DNA of 63,640 nt, the filler included, from Phoronis australis (taxonomy: Eukaryota; Animalia; Phoronida), in assembly GCA_002633005.1 (NCBI GenBank). It is 5 parts of 5 records of this genome, joined end to end, with 100 filler letters (N's around TTAATTAATTAA, not from the genome) between each part and the next. Parts side by side here need not be neighbours in the genome. Positions count along the whole stretch, not along the records: positions 50,989 to 63,640 come from NMRA01001626.1; 4 more parts are not named here. One strand, 5' to 3'. The first letter of the stretch is position 1. Every line of letters starts with the position of its first letter. Made by a program: the position numbers and the translations under genes. Under the pieces are notes generated by a model. That model searched no databases. It was not told the DNA's origin and worked only from the letters and a program-made list of their open reading frames with translations. Below are positions 52,101 to 63,499 of the stretch, one piece after another.

Positions 52101-53413
52101 ATCAAAACGGCAACGTATTTCATGTATAAGAACTGAAGATGTAGTCCGCCCAGGCTACGATCATTAGTGGGGCGAACTAAACATGAGACTTGGGTATTAG
52201 TTTGACATGACTCTCGTTAGGCGGTATGCATGGGGTAATTGTTCTGTTAATTCCATTTTCGAAATAAAAATATTTTAATATTCTCGTGCGAACATTTCTC
52301 TCTACGCACTTCTGTATACAGTCTCGCATCCAGCCTCTTAATAGCATAAGTCTGGTGATCTCACTGGCGTTTGGTTCTTAATTTTCAAAGATAAAAGGTC
52401 CACCGATGTAATTAAATAAACTGAATATAAACATTATGCCTTTGTAACCTCCAGTTAACTGGTGTTACTTTAATTGCAGTCCACGTGATAAACGCTGGTT
52501 ATGGTCGCTGCTCACAATGTTGCCCTAAAACGGAGAACACTTTGTTTAGGTTTACATCGGAGCTGTTTTTTGTTTCTATTTTCGTATCACGTTAATTTAT
52601 CCAGCCGGGTTGAGCATCGATTGAATAAATAGCTCTCTAAAAATGGCAGAAATCGGAAGAAATGAGAGCCAATATGAAATACAAATCGGATCGTATATGG
52701 TAAAATATCACCAAGGACCTCGTTTCCGAGTTGTTCAACAAACTTATACTAGAAACTGTGCGAGACAAGTCGGTGCGACTTGGAACGTCTTAGTTTAGAG
52801 AGAAAGCCAGTGTGGTTTTTATCTCGGACATTATTTTTTTCCAGCGTTATAATTACTTTAATCATACCTGCCATTCAGTTCACGCTAAAATGAAATATTC
52901 AGTTAAGCGACGGCCGGCCAACACCAGGCCCGCATTTTGTTTCTGTAATGAATTTCACGTTCCAGTAAGCCAACACTAATCCGTCGGTTTTTCAATAGAG
53001 TTGACTCTTACCATAGATTAGTCTGTCCTGTCTCAGTAGGCAAAGTTATCACGATGATGCACGGCCGGTGACCAATGACTGATGTGGGAAAGTAGCAGAG
53101 TGCCAGAGCTACATATACCACAGCTCAGTTGGTTTCTCTTTCTATTATTTCCATTTTTTATGTGGGCGTGATCATTTCTGTGTAAATCTCGCCATATATG
53201 GCAGCAGTTTAGTGAATCAGTACCCGACCAAGTCAGCTGTTGGTCTCGAGAACCGGCTTCTAGGTTTGGGTGCACCACCAAATATAAAAATGAAACTAAA
53301 AACGCGTATTAAATTCAGATTAATAAGTCTGAAAACATTTCATTTGAGAGTTTTAGTATTTGGGCTTCAGCATCGACTGAACTCAGTAACTTAGGCCAAA
53401 GTGAGTTTTACAG

Positions 53414-54063
53414 CAGGGGCGGATCCAGAATTTTGAGTTAGGGGGGCCAAGACAGAGTATTAGCCAGTATTTTGCCCGTCAGACATTCACACCCCCGACC
53501 TGCCAAATGTAATCTGGGAGAATTTTAGGGGGNNNNNNNNNNNNNNNNNNNNNNNNNNNNNNNNNNNNNNNNNNNNNNNNNNNNNNNNNNNNNNNNNNNN
53601 NNNNNNNNNNNNNNNNNNNNNNNNNNNNNNNNNNNNNNNNNNNNNNNNNNNNNNNNNNNNNNNNNNNNNNNNNNNNNNNNNNNNNNNNNNNNNNNNNNNN
53701 NNNNNNNNNNNNNNNNNNNNNNNNNNNNNNNNNNNNNNNNNNNNNNNNNNNNNNNNNNNNNNNNNNNNNNNNNNNNNNNNNNNNNNNNNNNNNNNNNNNN
53801 NNNNNNNNNNNNNNNNNNNNNNNNNNNNNNNNNNNNNNNNNNNNNNNNNNNNNNNNNNNNNNNNNNNNNNNNNNNNNNNNNNNNNNNNNNNNNNNNNNNN
53901 NNCAGTGGCGGATTTAGAGGGGGGGCAAGGGGGGCATGCTCCCCCTAAACTCTCCCATGCCAGATTCCATTTGGCAGTTCGGGGGTGCGCCGTCTGACGG
54001 ACAAAATCCTGGCTAATTCTTTGCCCTGCCCCCCCCCAAACAAAAATCCTGGATCCGCCCCTG
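53414..54063. mobile_element. hAT-like MITE(s) with CAGGGGCGGATCCAG termini spanning an N gap
   Basis: CAGGGGCGGATCCAG ... CTGGATCCGCCCCTG with inverted inner arms. No matching TSD, so these may be two copies. Related ends at 53903 and 54840. Confidence 0.6.
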
Positions 54064-54456
54064 AGCTAAACATGACGGACGAAATGCAGCTTGATGTTTC
54101 CGAAGTTGCATGGTTTAACAGAACTCTGGCCTGCCCGACACCGTTCAGTGACTTTTACCCTCCTTAAAGACAGCGTCCAGCGGCTAAAACACCTTTTTGA
54201 CACCAGAAATGTATGTATTGTTCATAAAAACGTAGTTTTTGATTCTTACATACCATAGAAAATAATTAATTGCGACGCAGATTACACCGTTTATAATTTA
54301 TAGCCACTTCGAGCGCCCCAGAAAAAATCTCAACCAATTAGCGTAAAGTGGTTTTTGTGACATTATCATATCGTGGCCACGAGATTACTCGGAAGCCACA
54401 CTGGGTAACAGCTGAATGCCAACGGATGTATTGTTCTTGTCGTTCTCTGGGCTAAA

Positions 54457-54640
54457 ATGCCGCGTTGCGTGGTGCACGGGTGTAGCAATGTTAGCGGCAA
54501 TGGCATACATTTGCGCAACTTCTCCACCGATCCCGTCGTTTACCGTGCGTGGAATTGATTCGTCATCCACGACAAGGACTCCGACGACAAAATTCCCGAT
54601 CAGCAAGATCTGTGCACAGGCGCTTGAGTTTATGTGTTGC
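54457..54640 (+). pseudogene. Decayed THAP zinc-finger coding remnant (transposon relic)
   Basis: MPRCVVHGCSNVSGNGIHLRNFSTDPVVYRAWN*FV, then SKICAQ after a frameshift. This follows the THAP C-x4-C...F-x-x-D...W...ICxxH layout. Confidence 0.65.
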
Positions 54641-55064
54641 TCGATCGCAAATGACGTCACTCAATATTAAGAAAACATGTTTGTTATAGTTATGAGTCAT
54701 CGGGAAATATTCGAGCGCCTGTGGAGCTGTGCTAGACTAGGTGCAAAGCCGTACACAAAATCTATAGCTTGGCACCGGTGTAGGTAGAAATGACTGAATA
54801 AACTTTGACACAGAAGTAGTGTCATTAAAAGATATCTTTCAGTGGCGGATCTAGGATATCATAAGGGGGAGCCCAAGATTTTGTCTCATAAGGAATCGCG
54901 CAAAACACCATTGTAGAGGCGCATAACACCGAATGCGGGGGGTTTGCCCCCCTCCCGCCCAGGAGAAAATTTTGTTTTCGCCTCTAAAAACAAGCATTTT
55001 CCTTGATTCCTGAAGTATTATCAAAGGAAAAAAAATCAGAGTGTCCATCTGGAAAAGTTCTAAA

Positions 55065-55131
55065 TGCCACGGAATTTAACTCGCGACTCGTCTGCCTGAG
55101 GCAAGCGCGCTTTACCACTGCACCACCGTGC
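55065..55131 (-). mobile_element. tRNA-derived SINE head or tRNA pseudogene fragment
   Basis: Minus strand GCACGGTGGTGCAGTGGTAAAGCGCGC...GAGTTAAATTCC shows an A box and a degenerate B box. Confidence 0.45.
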
Positions 55132-56867
55132 TTCGTCTTACTGTTCGATACAAAGAAACGTACTTGTTTATGGTGCACAGCGTTTGCGCCCTAAACCGGT
55201 TTCTTTTTGTAATGCTTATTACATGCTTTATATTTTGTGCAATCAGTTCGTAACGGCAAAAGTTGTGTTGCCCAAAGGACCAAATCCGTTTTTCGTGTTG
55301 GCATTAACCAGTGACGCGATTGCTTTGGAAATCGTCTTAATTTTAATGTTTGACAAGTCCTGAGTGATTTACTAAGGCTTCGGTTAAAATTTACATCTTA
55401 CCAACAGCTTCTGTTTCTTCATCGTCACTCAGAAAAAATGAAGTAATTTTCTTTATTACACAGTGGAGCAGACGACGGAAACGGGGTGCTAGTGCGCAGC
55501 ACCACTGCCGGTGGCCTGGGATATCTCGCACATATCGACAGAGAGCGCCATTACTTAGCCATAGCTCCGTTACAATTGCGCCAGTTGTCTGAATCGGACA
55601 CTTGAAATCGGGTTTGAGTNNNNNNNNNNNNNNNNNNNNNNNNNNNNNNNNNNNNNNNNNNNNNNNNNNNNNNNNNNNNNNNNNNNNNNNNNNNNNNNNN
55701 NNNNNNNNNNNNNNNNNNNNNNNNNNNNNNNNNNNNNNNNNNNCCAAGGGGGGGGGGGGGGCAGTTTTCTGTCGCTTATAAAATTCATCGGGCCTCAGTG
55801 TTGTCGCTAAAATTAATGGTTTCATTTCAAGTTTTTACTATTGTAATACCAGAAAACTCAATTTCAGAACAAATTAAGCTCTCGAGAGGTATCGCAAAAT
55901 TTTAGGAAATGGCGTGTACGTGTGCGTAACACGAGTATGCACTGTTTTCAAAACGAGCACAGATTTCCTTTGTTACAAAAGGCGGAGAATTACAAAAAAA
56001 AAAACAAACAAACGTTTATTAGATTGTCTTTTTACTTCTATAAACGACTGTAATGGGCAAGGTGAATGTGGGTTCATTCTCAGATTCTGCATGCACCCCT
56101 ACAGGTTGTTAGTAAGTTTCACGACGAGGTGAGGAGCTGAGCATCCGGATTGTGTGAAGCTCTACACGGCCGCTACCTCAGTTGCTGTATCGGTTGACGC
56201 TAGTCTTCATACACCGTCTGCAGCTAGCTGGCTTCAGTTCTACCTCAGTAGTACATTTATGATGCAACGTTGGGTAAATATTGTGTACTATACAATATTT
56301 GAAATGCGCTCTTAGTTTTCACTTTATAGAATATCTGATTACCGTACTTAAGTTTGTGTTACGGCAGGGTCAAATGTTCTGGAAAGAAATTTATACTGCC
56401 TGGGGAAAGCATCCCGCAGCCGTAAACCTTGCCTTCTAAAATCTGACCGTGACAAAAATTCTGCTTGAAGCTTTGAACACAGTCTCTTCAAGAAATACAA
56501 GTATTCCTGTCTCTTGCGATGAACACTAATGTTCACTCTTAGTTGTAGCTATTTCCCCTCGGCGTTTCCCACTAGCTGCTACCCGTGCAAAAGCACGGGT
56601 CATTATTTAATTGCTATTGACCACCTAGCGGCACGCAGAGAACCAGCGAGGAATGAACAGTCGGTCAGAAGCCAATCACATGCCAGTATTTTGGTTTGTG
56701 CAGTATGCCGATGTTGTTGAAGAACTTCCGGATATCAGCAGCAGGGGGTTCTCTTGACATTAGTCACAACGTTTCGCGACTGACAGGGTCTACGTATCGA
56801 GTTATAATCTACTCCGAGGCTAGTTGTGAGTGTGTGCGTGTGTGTAAGAAGTTTGTGATGTGTGTAG

Positions 56868-57432
56868 TGTAGTAATAGCCGAGATTACCCGACCCGGGGA
56901 TCGAACCCGCGACCCCCATAAAAGCGGCAAGCGTGCTAACCATGATTCAGCTAATACAAAGTAATACTAGTAATAGGCAATTGCCCGTTAGCGAGTAGCT
57001 AATAGAGGCTCATATAATTCACTGGAAGCACATGTACAACATTCCCCCCTTCCCTACGGAACGGGCACGCGACAGGAAGGTGAACACCAGGATGTCTCGC
57101 ATACAGGTCATCAACGTCCCTTGGCCTTGGTACCTTTACCACCACAACACAGGTGAACACAAGGTCGTCTCTCATACAGGTCCTTGACTCCTGGAACCTT
57201 CCACGCGCGCTGTCCCGAGGTCCGTGGGTACTAGTTGGCAGTGCTTCATCGGTAGATCATCCGTTTGCCAACTACGCAATTTGTAGTAATAGCCGAGATT
57301 ACCCGACCCGGGATCGAACCCGCGACCCCCATAAAACCAGCAAGCGTGCTAACCATTCAGCTAATAGGCAATTGCCCGTTAGCGAGTAGCTAACAGAGGC
57401 TCATATAATTCACTGGAAGCACATCCACAACA
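56868..57432 (-). mobile_element. TRIM (565 bp) with a tRNA-like Pol III cassette in both LTRs
   Basis: Direct repeats 56868-57041 and 57282-57432, TG...CA. Minus-strand PBS TTGCGTAGTTGGCA (~57266-57279) and PPT AGGGAAGGGGGGAA (57042-57055). A box TAGCTGAATGG and B box GGTTCGATCCC. Flanks GTAG/TTAG. Confidence 0.9.
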
Positions 57433-57541
57433 TTAGGTACCATTCACTTCCATGAGTCAAAGGTCACAGGTCATTCCCCAACACTATCTCCGACTCCGGA
57501 GCATTTCTTCAAGTTCAACTTCAAGTGCAAGTCTATGGCAT

Positions 57542-58152
57542 GGACAGTGACCACCGTCTCTAGGAGGCTCAGTAGAGACGGTGTAGCTTCTATAGGCACT
57601 TCATGTTCCGGAATTGTTTTGTCGAATTATGTCTCACACTGACTAAAACACCAAAAGTCACGTTGTTATAAGTACCTTATAAATGCCAAGAGGGACACCG
57701 TAGCGTAGGCCAATAGGAGGTCGTCAAGTCTTTAATTCCTTGCAACTCCAACAAATACTCCCATTCTCAAACTTTTTCATTGAGCACCCCTTCATTCAGT
57801 TCCCAAATCGGTAATTGGCCATTTTTAACACTGCGCGTGGCAGGTGGTATGACGTCATATCCCCTGGCTTGCGGCGCAATGTAAAAATGGCCAGTTACCA
57901 ATTTTAGGAACTGAACAAGGGAATGCTCAAAGAAAAGGTTTGATAACAGGAGTATTTATTCGAGTTGGAATGAATTAAAGACATCGACGGCCTCTTAAGG
58001 AGTCCCTCTATACACATAGGGTATTTATAACAACACAAATTAGATGTTTTAGTCGATGTTAGGCATAATTCACCGAAAAGCTTACAGCGTATGAAGTGCC
58101 TATAGGAGCTACACAATCTCTTCTGAGCCAGCTAGTGATGGTAGTCACCGTA
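57542..58152. mobile_element. Foldback MITE (~610 bp, near-palindromic), same family as 6187-6811
   Basis: Arms pair along their length, e.g. GTAGCTTCTATAGGCACTTCAT / ATGAAGTGCCTATAGGAGCTAC. Centre is TATGACGTCATA. Confidence 0.75.
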
Positions 58153-59063
58153 TACAAACCTATCAGAAATATTCGAAGACGGTTTTACCAGAAAATTTAC
58201 AGGTTATGAAACAGCCTCTAACATCCGAAGGAGAAATAGCAGGTGCTTCCAACCTGCTGTGTGAAAAATAGACTCCTGCACAGGGACATTGCAGACCAGG
58301 CTTGCACCTGTTCTACTGGGTGCACCTGATGATAAAAATGTGCCTTTTTTTAAAAAAGTTATGCCCAACATATTTAGTGTAATCAAAGTGATAACATATG
58401 AAACAGAAACCGCAAAGGCAAGTGAAGTGAAAACAGAGTCATGTTTTACCTGTTTGGCAGTAACTTGACTAGAATCTTACATTTTTGAAAGAGTGTTGCA
58501 TTTTCAAAGATATGCCTGGAGGGTGCACTGCTGCAATGTACTTGCACCTTTTATTTTTCGAATGTGCTAATGGTGCAAAGGCGCAGTCCATGAATACCCC
58601 TGCTTACCAGTACAGATATTATTTATTTCCATGTACAATACTAGATTGGACTGCCCGAGGAAGTGGTGATAGCTCAATCTATGGAGGCCTTTAGTTCAGA
58701 CTTCAGTTGCTGCTGTTTTGATTACCATGCTCTCTCCACAATGCCAGTATTGGTTACTGCAACGTAATGGACAGATTCAGGTTCAGATCCATTCAGTGTA
58801 TAATTATAAAGTACTAAATTTGTCAGCTGTTTTCTTTTTGTAATGAATTGTGAAACGTAAAAACAGCATTGTCACATAGATTTATTCAGGTAACTGGCTC
58901 ATGAATAACAAAACCCACAAATTTGAATGTCATGACGATTGAATTTTCCCTGGAATCGAATGAAATTGCCAGAGCAACATGAGGGTGTCAAATTGTATTT
59001 CTTCAAAGAAGTCCACACTAATGAAATGCTTCACGCATGTTCTTCAGACACAAGATTATCACA

Positions 59064-59186
59064 ATGACTCGACATTCAAGGAATGCCACTGCAGGTACAA
59101 GTTACACTTACCATGAGAAGAAGAAAGACACGTCCCAGTCTGGCTATGGTTCGAAGTCGGCAAGACTAGGAAAGGACTCTATTAAG
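59064..59186 (+). CDS. NOSIP: Nitric oxide synthase-interacting protein, coding exon 1
   Basis: MTRHSRNATAGTSYTYHEKKKDTSQSGYGSKSARLGKDSIK matches the conserved NOSIP N-terminus. Acceptor at 59047, donor AAG|GTAAAA. Confidence 0.95.
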
Positions 59187-59355
59187 GTAAAACTGGACAC
59201 TGTTTATCATATTGTTGAGTATTCATTAAAAGACAACCTGGTGACCTGACCTATTGCTTATGTTGTTCTTTGTTAATATCCGCTCTTGAAACTGGAATTA
59301 CTACTGTAACATCTAACCAATTTCGCACAAAATAATTGCTGGCAATGATTGCCAC

Positions 59356-60288
59356 TTTTTATGCGCCCACATATTTATATGTGGACGCATTATGCCATCA
59401 TCTCCGTCCGTCCGTCCGTCCGTCCGTCCGGGCGGTGTCCGTTCGGCGTCCGCTGCTTTATCTCCAAAACCCTTTGACATACGTTCATGAAATTTGGCAC
59501 ATATCTACCGGTGTGCCCCCTAGTGGCAATTTTAGTTTTTTATGCTTACCTTTGTATCTTCAAAAGTCCTGAACGGATTTTCATGAAATTTGGTATGTAG
59601 GCACCTATTAGTGAGATGACGCTATCCTCCCGTTTTCAGATGGATTCGACATAGTTTGCGCCACCTAGCGGCCATTTTTAGTGCTTTCGAGTCTGTTTTT
59701 GTGCGTCCACCCCTCTATCAACCAAACCGCTCAAAGGATGATTGTGAAAATTAGCATGTATATGCTTACTATGTAGAGGACGGTTGACGATGATTTTCCG
59801 ACGATTTCGACTACTGTGGCCCCTCCTAGTGGCAGTTTTGTTTTTTTGCGCCTATGGCTGTATCTCCTAAACCGTTCGCAGGATCTTTACGAAATTGTGG
59901 AAGTATATTTACATGATGTTAACAACAGAAGATGATGACTTTTGGACGGATCCGACTACCGGTGTGCCCCCTAGTGGCAATTTTAGTTTTTTACGCTTAC
60001 CTTTGTATCTTCATAAGTCCTGAACGGATTTTCATGAAATTTGTTATGTAGGCACCTATTAGTGACATGACGCTATCCTCCCGTTTTCAGATGGATTCGA
60101 CATAGTTTGCGCCACCTAGTGGCCATTTTTACTGTTTTCGAGTCTGTATTTTTGCGTCCATCCCTTTATCAACCAAACCGCTCAAAGGATGATTGTGAAA
60201 ATTGGCGTGTATGTTCNAACAACCCTAGAAGGATACCGTATACGGTGCAATTGTGGGCGCATTTCAACGCTCTGCGTTGCTCTTGTTT
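59356..60288 (+). mobile_element. Complete Helentron-associated (DINE-1/HINE-like) element in NOSIP intron
   Basis: 5' subTIR/hairpin ATGCGCCCACATAT..ATATGTGGACGCAT, (GTCC)n tract and ~451-bp internal repeat. 3' subTIR GTGGGCGCAT, stem-loop CAACGC-TCT-GCGTTG, then CTCTTGTTT. T-rich ends. Confidence 0.9.
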
Positions 60289-60637
60289 AATTTTTCAACA
60301 TCACTCTTCTAACTTTATTTTGAATGCCCATAATTGTCCAAAATATTGGAATCCATATCATTCATTACCAAGTAAGGCTTGATTGCTGCACTTTTTTGAT
60401 GTGTTCGTTTGTCTTGAGTATTGCATCAATTAAAATTTTTATTCACCAATGACGTGGGGCATGCTCCTAAAGCCATCCTTGATTTTATAAAAGAAAAATT
60501 GGTAAAAGATGTCGATGTTTTCAGATCAGCAATTGTCAAAACTAATGACTGTGACAAATCGGTCTCTGTCTTCTCACTGCTTTGTGCTCATTTATAGAGC
60601 GATTATGCATTCTTTGAGCTTTGTTATGTTATTTCAG

Positions 60638-60690
60638 GATTTTGACTGCTGTTGCCTGACACTACAGCCATGCAGGAACCCAGTTGTAAC
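60638..60690 (+). CDS. NOSIP: NOSIP coding exon 2 (DFDCCCLTLQPCRNPVV)
   Basis: Acceptor ATTTCAG and donor AC|GTACGT, phase 0-2. Start of the U-box/RING-like motif. Confidence 0.95.
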
Positions 60691-60771
60691 GTACGTTATT
60701 TTGTGTTAAAAGTGATCAGTAAGTTACATTTTGACACTACAGCCATGCAGTAAGCCAGTTGTAATGTATTA

Positions 60772-62062
60772 TTATGTACCCACATATTTATATGTGGAGG
60801 CATTATGCCGTCATCTCCATTCATCTGTCTGTCCGGGCGGCGTCCGTCCGGCGTCCACTGCTCTATCTCCAAATCTCCAAAACCCTTTGACATACGTTCA
60901 TGAAATGTAGCACCTATGTTCCATTTATGAATGGGATGGCATGAGCGAACTTTCGGCCAGTGTGCCCCCTAGTGGCAATTTTAGTTTGTTACGCTTACCT
61001 TTGTATCTTCAAAAGTCCTGAACGGATTGTCATGAAATTTGGTATGTAGGCACCTATTAGTGAGGTGACGCTATCCTCCTGTTTTTGGATGGATTCGACC
61101 TAGTTTGTGCCACCTAGTGGTCATTTTTACTGTTGTCGAGTTTTTTCGTCCACCCCTCTATCAACCAAACCGCTCTAAGGATGATTGTGAAAATTGGCAT
61201 GTATGTGCTTACTATAAAGAGGACTGTTGACGATGATTTTCCGACGATTTCGACTACTGTGGCACCTCCTAGTGGCAGTTTTGTTTTTGTTGCGCCTATG
61301 GCTGTATCTCCTAAACTGTTCACAGGATCTTTACTTAATTTAGTAAGTGTATTTATATGATATTGACTACAGATGACGATGACTTTCGGACAGATCTGAC
61401 TACTGCTGTGCCCCCTAGTGGCAATTATAGTTTTTTACGTTTAACTCAGTATCTTCAAAGGGCCTCAACAGGTTTTCATAAAATTTTGAATATGGGCATC
61501 TATTGGTGTGATGACGCTATTTTTTTGTTTTTGGATGGAATTGAGGTATTTTGCACCACCTAGTGGCCATTTTTGCTGTTTTCAAATCTTGTTTCTGGCG
61601 TCCACCCCTGTATCAACCAAATCATTTGAAAATTGGCATATATGTTCTTAGTGTGAAGACGACCTTTGATGATTGATGATGGTGACTGACTACTGTGGCG
61701 CCTCCTAGTGGTAGTTTTGTTTTGTGCCCATAGTTGTATCTCCTAAACCCACTGCAGGATCTTTACTAAAGTTAGTAAGTGTATTTATATGAAGATAACA
61801 ACAGACGACGACGACGACTTTCAGGCGGATCCAACGGACACTGTGCCCACTAGTGGCAATTTCATTTAATTCTGTTTTCCTTTGTTTCTCTGAAGTTCCT
61901 TGACAGATTTTTATGAAATATGGCATGTACCTTTTTTCGGATGGATTGTATGTTTTTGCGCCATCTAGTGTCCATTTTTATGATACAAATAAATAACCCT
62001 AAAAGCACACCATTTGCAATGCATTCGTGGGCGCATTTCAACGTTCCGCGTTGCTCTTGTTT
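60772..62062 (+). mobile_element. Complete Helentron-associated (DINE-1/HINE-like) element in NOSIP intron
   Basis: Same termini as the 59356 copy. Internal repeat period ~440-450 bp (60960, 61408, 61842). Confidence 0.9.
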
Positions 62063-62292
62063 GGTATTAAAGATCATCTGTAAGGTGCATTTTATGCTGG
62101 TGATCCACGTCCCTGGACAGATGAGGATCAGAGAAGTGGTGCCCAACAGTTGTTGTTGTGCTTAGGCCATTGCTGGCTAGACTCCAAGTGAACGGACAAA
62201 AGGTCCACTTTCTTGTTCTCGTGGTTTTGAGTTGGGGAGGGGGTAAACAACGCTAAGTGTTCTCATATATCTTGGTATTTCTCTACAAAAAT

Positions 62293-62420
62293 ATAGTAAT
62301 AGTATTAGTAGTAATAGTAGTAATACACTTTATTCACGTTAAGACAAAAAATACAATTAATACAAATTAAAGATTATGGAGACTCCGTGAAGGAGCTGAA
62401 GGGTCCGCTGACCACGGAGC
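62293..62420 (-). mobile_element. 5'-truncated LINE 3' end, same family as 43572-43700
   Basis: TAATACACTTTATTCACGTTAAGACAAAA...GAGACTC..TGAAGGA matches 43606-43695, with a (TAG/TAA)n tail. Confidence 0.7.
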
Positions 62421-62794
62421 CTCGATTTCATTCCATTTTTTCATCAAATAACACATGGTAAACTACCAGCACTTGTAGAATTGCAGGGGATTTTTTGAAA
62501 AATAGAAGGTGAGAATTTTGGCAGTTATTTACATTAAATTGACAGACAACAGAGCAGTCGTGAAAGTAACATACACATCAATGAACTGATTGATCATTAT
62601 GCGTTTGTTGTACAACAACCCAAGACTGTGTTTGATTGTGTGTACTGTACTCACTATGCATTCAAATCTCCCTGGCTTCTATCTCTGCTGCTTAGCCTTC
62701 CAGTCTCTAAGTCTTATGAACAAGTTTTAACAGAAATGATTGTACTTTGTTAAAGGTGTGATTTAGGTTTGACTGTCCTTTACTTGTGTTGCAG

Positions 62795-62906
62795 AAGTGA
62801 TGGGTACCTGTTTGACAAAGAGTCTGTTCTTGAATACATTATCCACCAAAAGAGGGAGATAGCTCGCCAACTGAAAGAGTACGAAAAACAGAAGCAGAAA
62901 GAAAAG
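62795..62906 (+). CDS. NOSIP: NOSIP coding exon 3 (SDGYLFDKESVLEYIIHQKREIARQLKEYEKQKQKEK)
   Basis: Acceptor TGTTGCAG and donor AAG|GTGGGT, phase 2-0. Conserved DGYL..E..LEYI.HQK.EIARQ motif. Absent from the ORF track. Confidence 0.95.
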
Positions 62907-63394
62907 GTGGGTCGTAACTCGGGAAATGGTTACCGTTATATTTGACGTTCGTCAATGAATCGGAATGTATTCTCTCTTGTTACTTTTTTATTTGAAGTGA
63001 TTGTATCGGCTGTCTACGTGGCTGTATTGAAGCCCTGTTAACTGAAGCCAGAGCCACCAAATAATGTTCTATAAACTTACTCGTCACTCAGGTGGTATTG
63101 GTAGCAAGGCATGTCGGTTTCTGTGTCAGCCTTGTTCAGCAGTATGTGTGCCTTATTGTATCATTCACTCTTAGAAGTCATGCCATTGTTTTCTGTGGCA
63201 ACCATTTTGCTTGTACTTGGCTTCTAAGGCCGGCTGCATACCAGGAGCAAAATACAACACTGTAACATGATCTGGAAACAGTCACCAAACAGCAATCTCA
63301 CACAACACACAGCTGAGTTTAAAGGAACATCCTGATTTCAGAATGTCCATGGTTGTGAATGGGTTAGAATTATTTTTGGCTTATCGTGTTCCAG

Positions 63395-63488
63395 GAAGAG
63401 ATGGACGAGGAGAAGCGACTGAGTCACGAGACGAAAGTGAAGAAGTTTGTGGAGAAAGAGTCTGGACTGACCAAGGCAACATCTGCTG
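63395..63488 (+). CDS. NOSIP: NOSIP coding exon 4 (EEMDEEKRLSHETKVKKFVEKESGLTKATSA)
   Basis: Acceptor TGTTCCAG, phase 0. V..F.EKE motif. The donor G|GTGATG is less certain. Confidence 0.8.
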
Positions 63489-63499
63489 GTGATGCTTTA

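Noticed and set aside
55391-55560. Minus-strand frame ending LSDDEETEAV|GTAAGA
   Set aside because: No partner exon or homology is recognisable, and it is adjacent to an N gap.
56880-57365. Two functional tRNA genes
   Set aside because: A and B boxes are present but the anticodon and acceptor stems are not convincing, and both lie inside LTRs.
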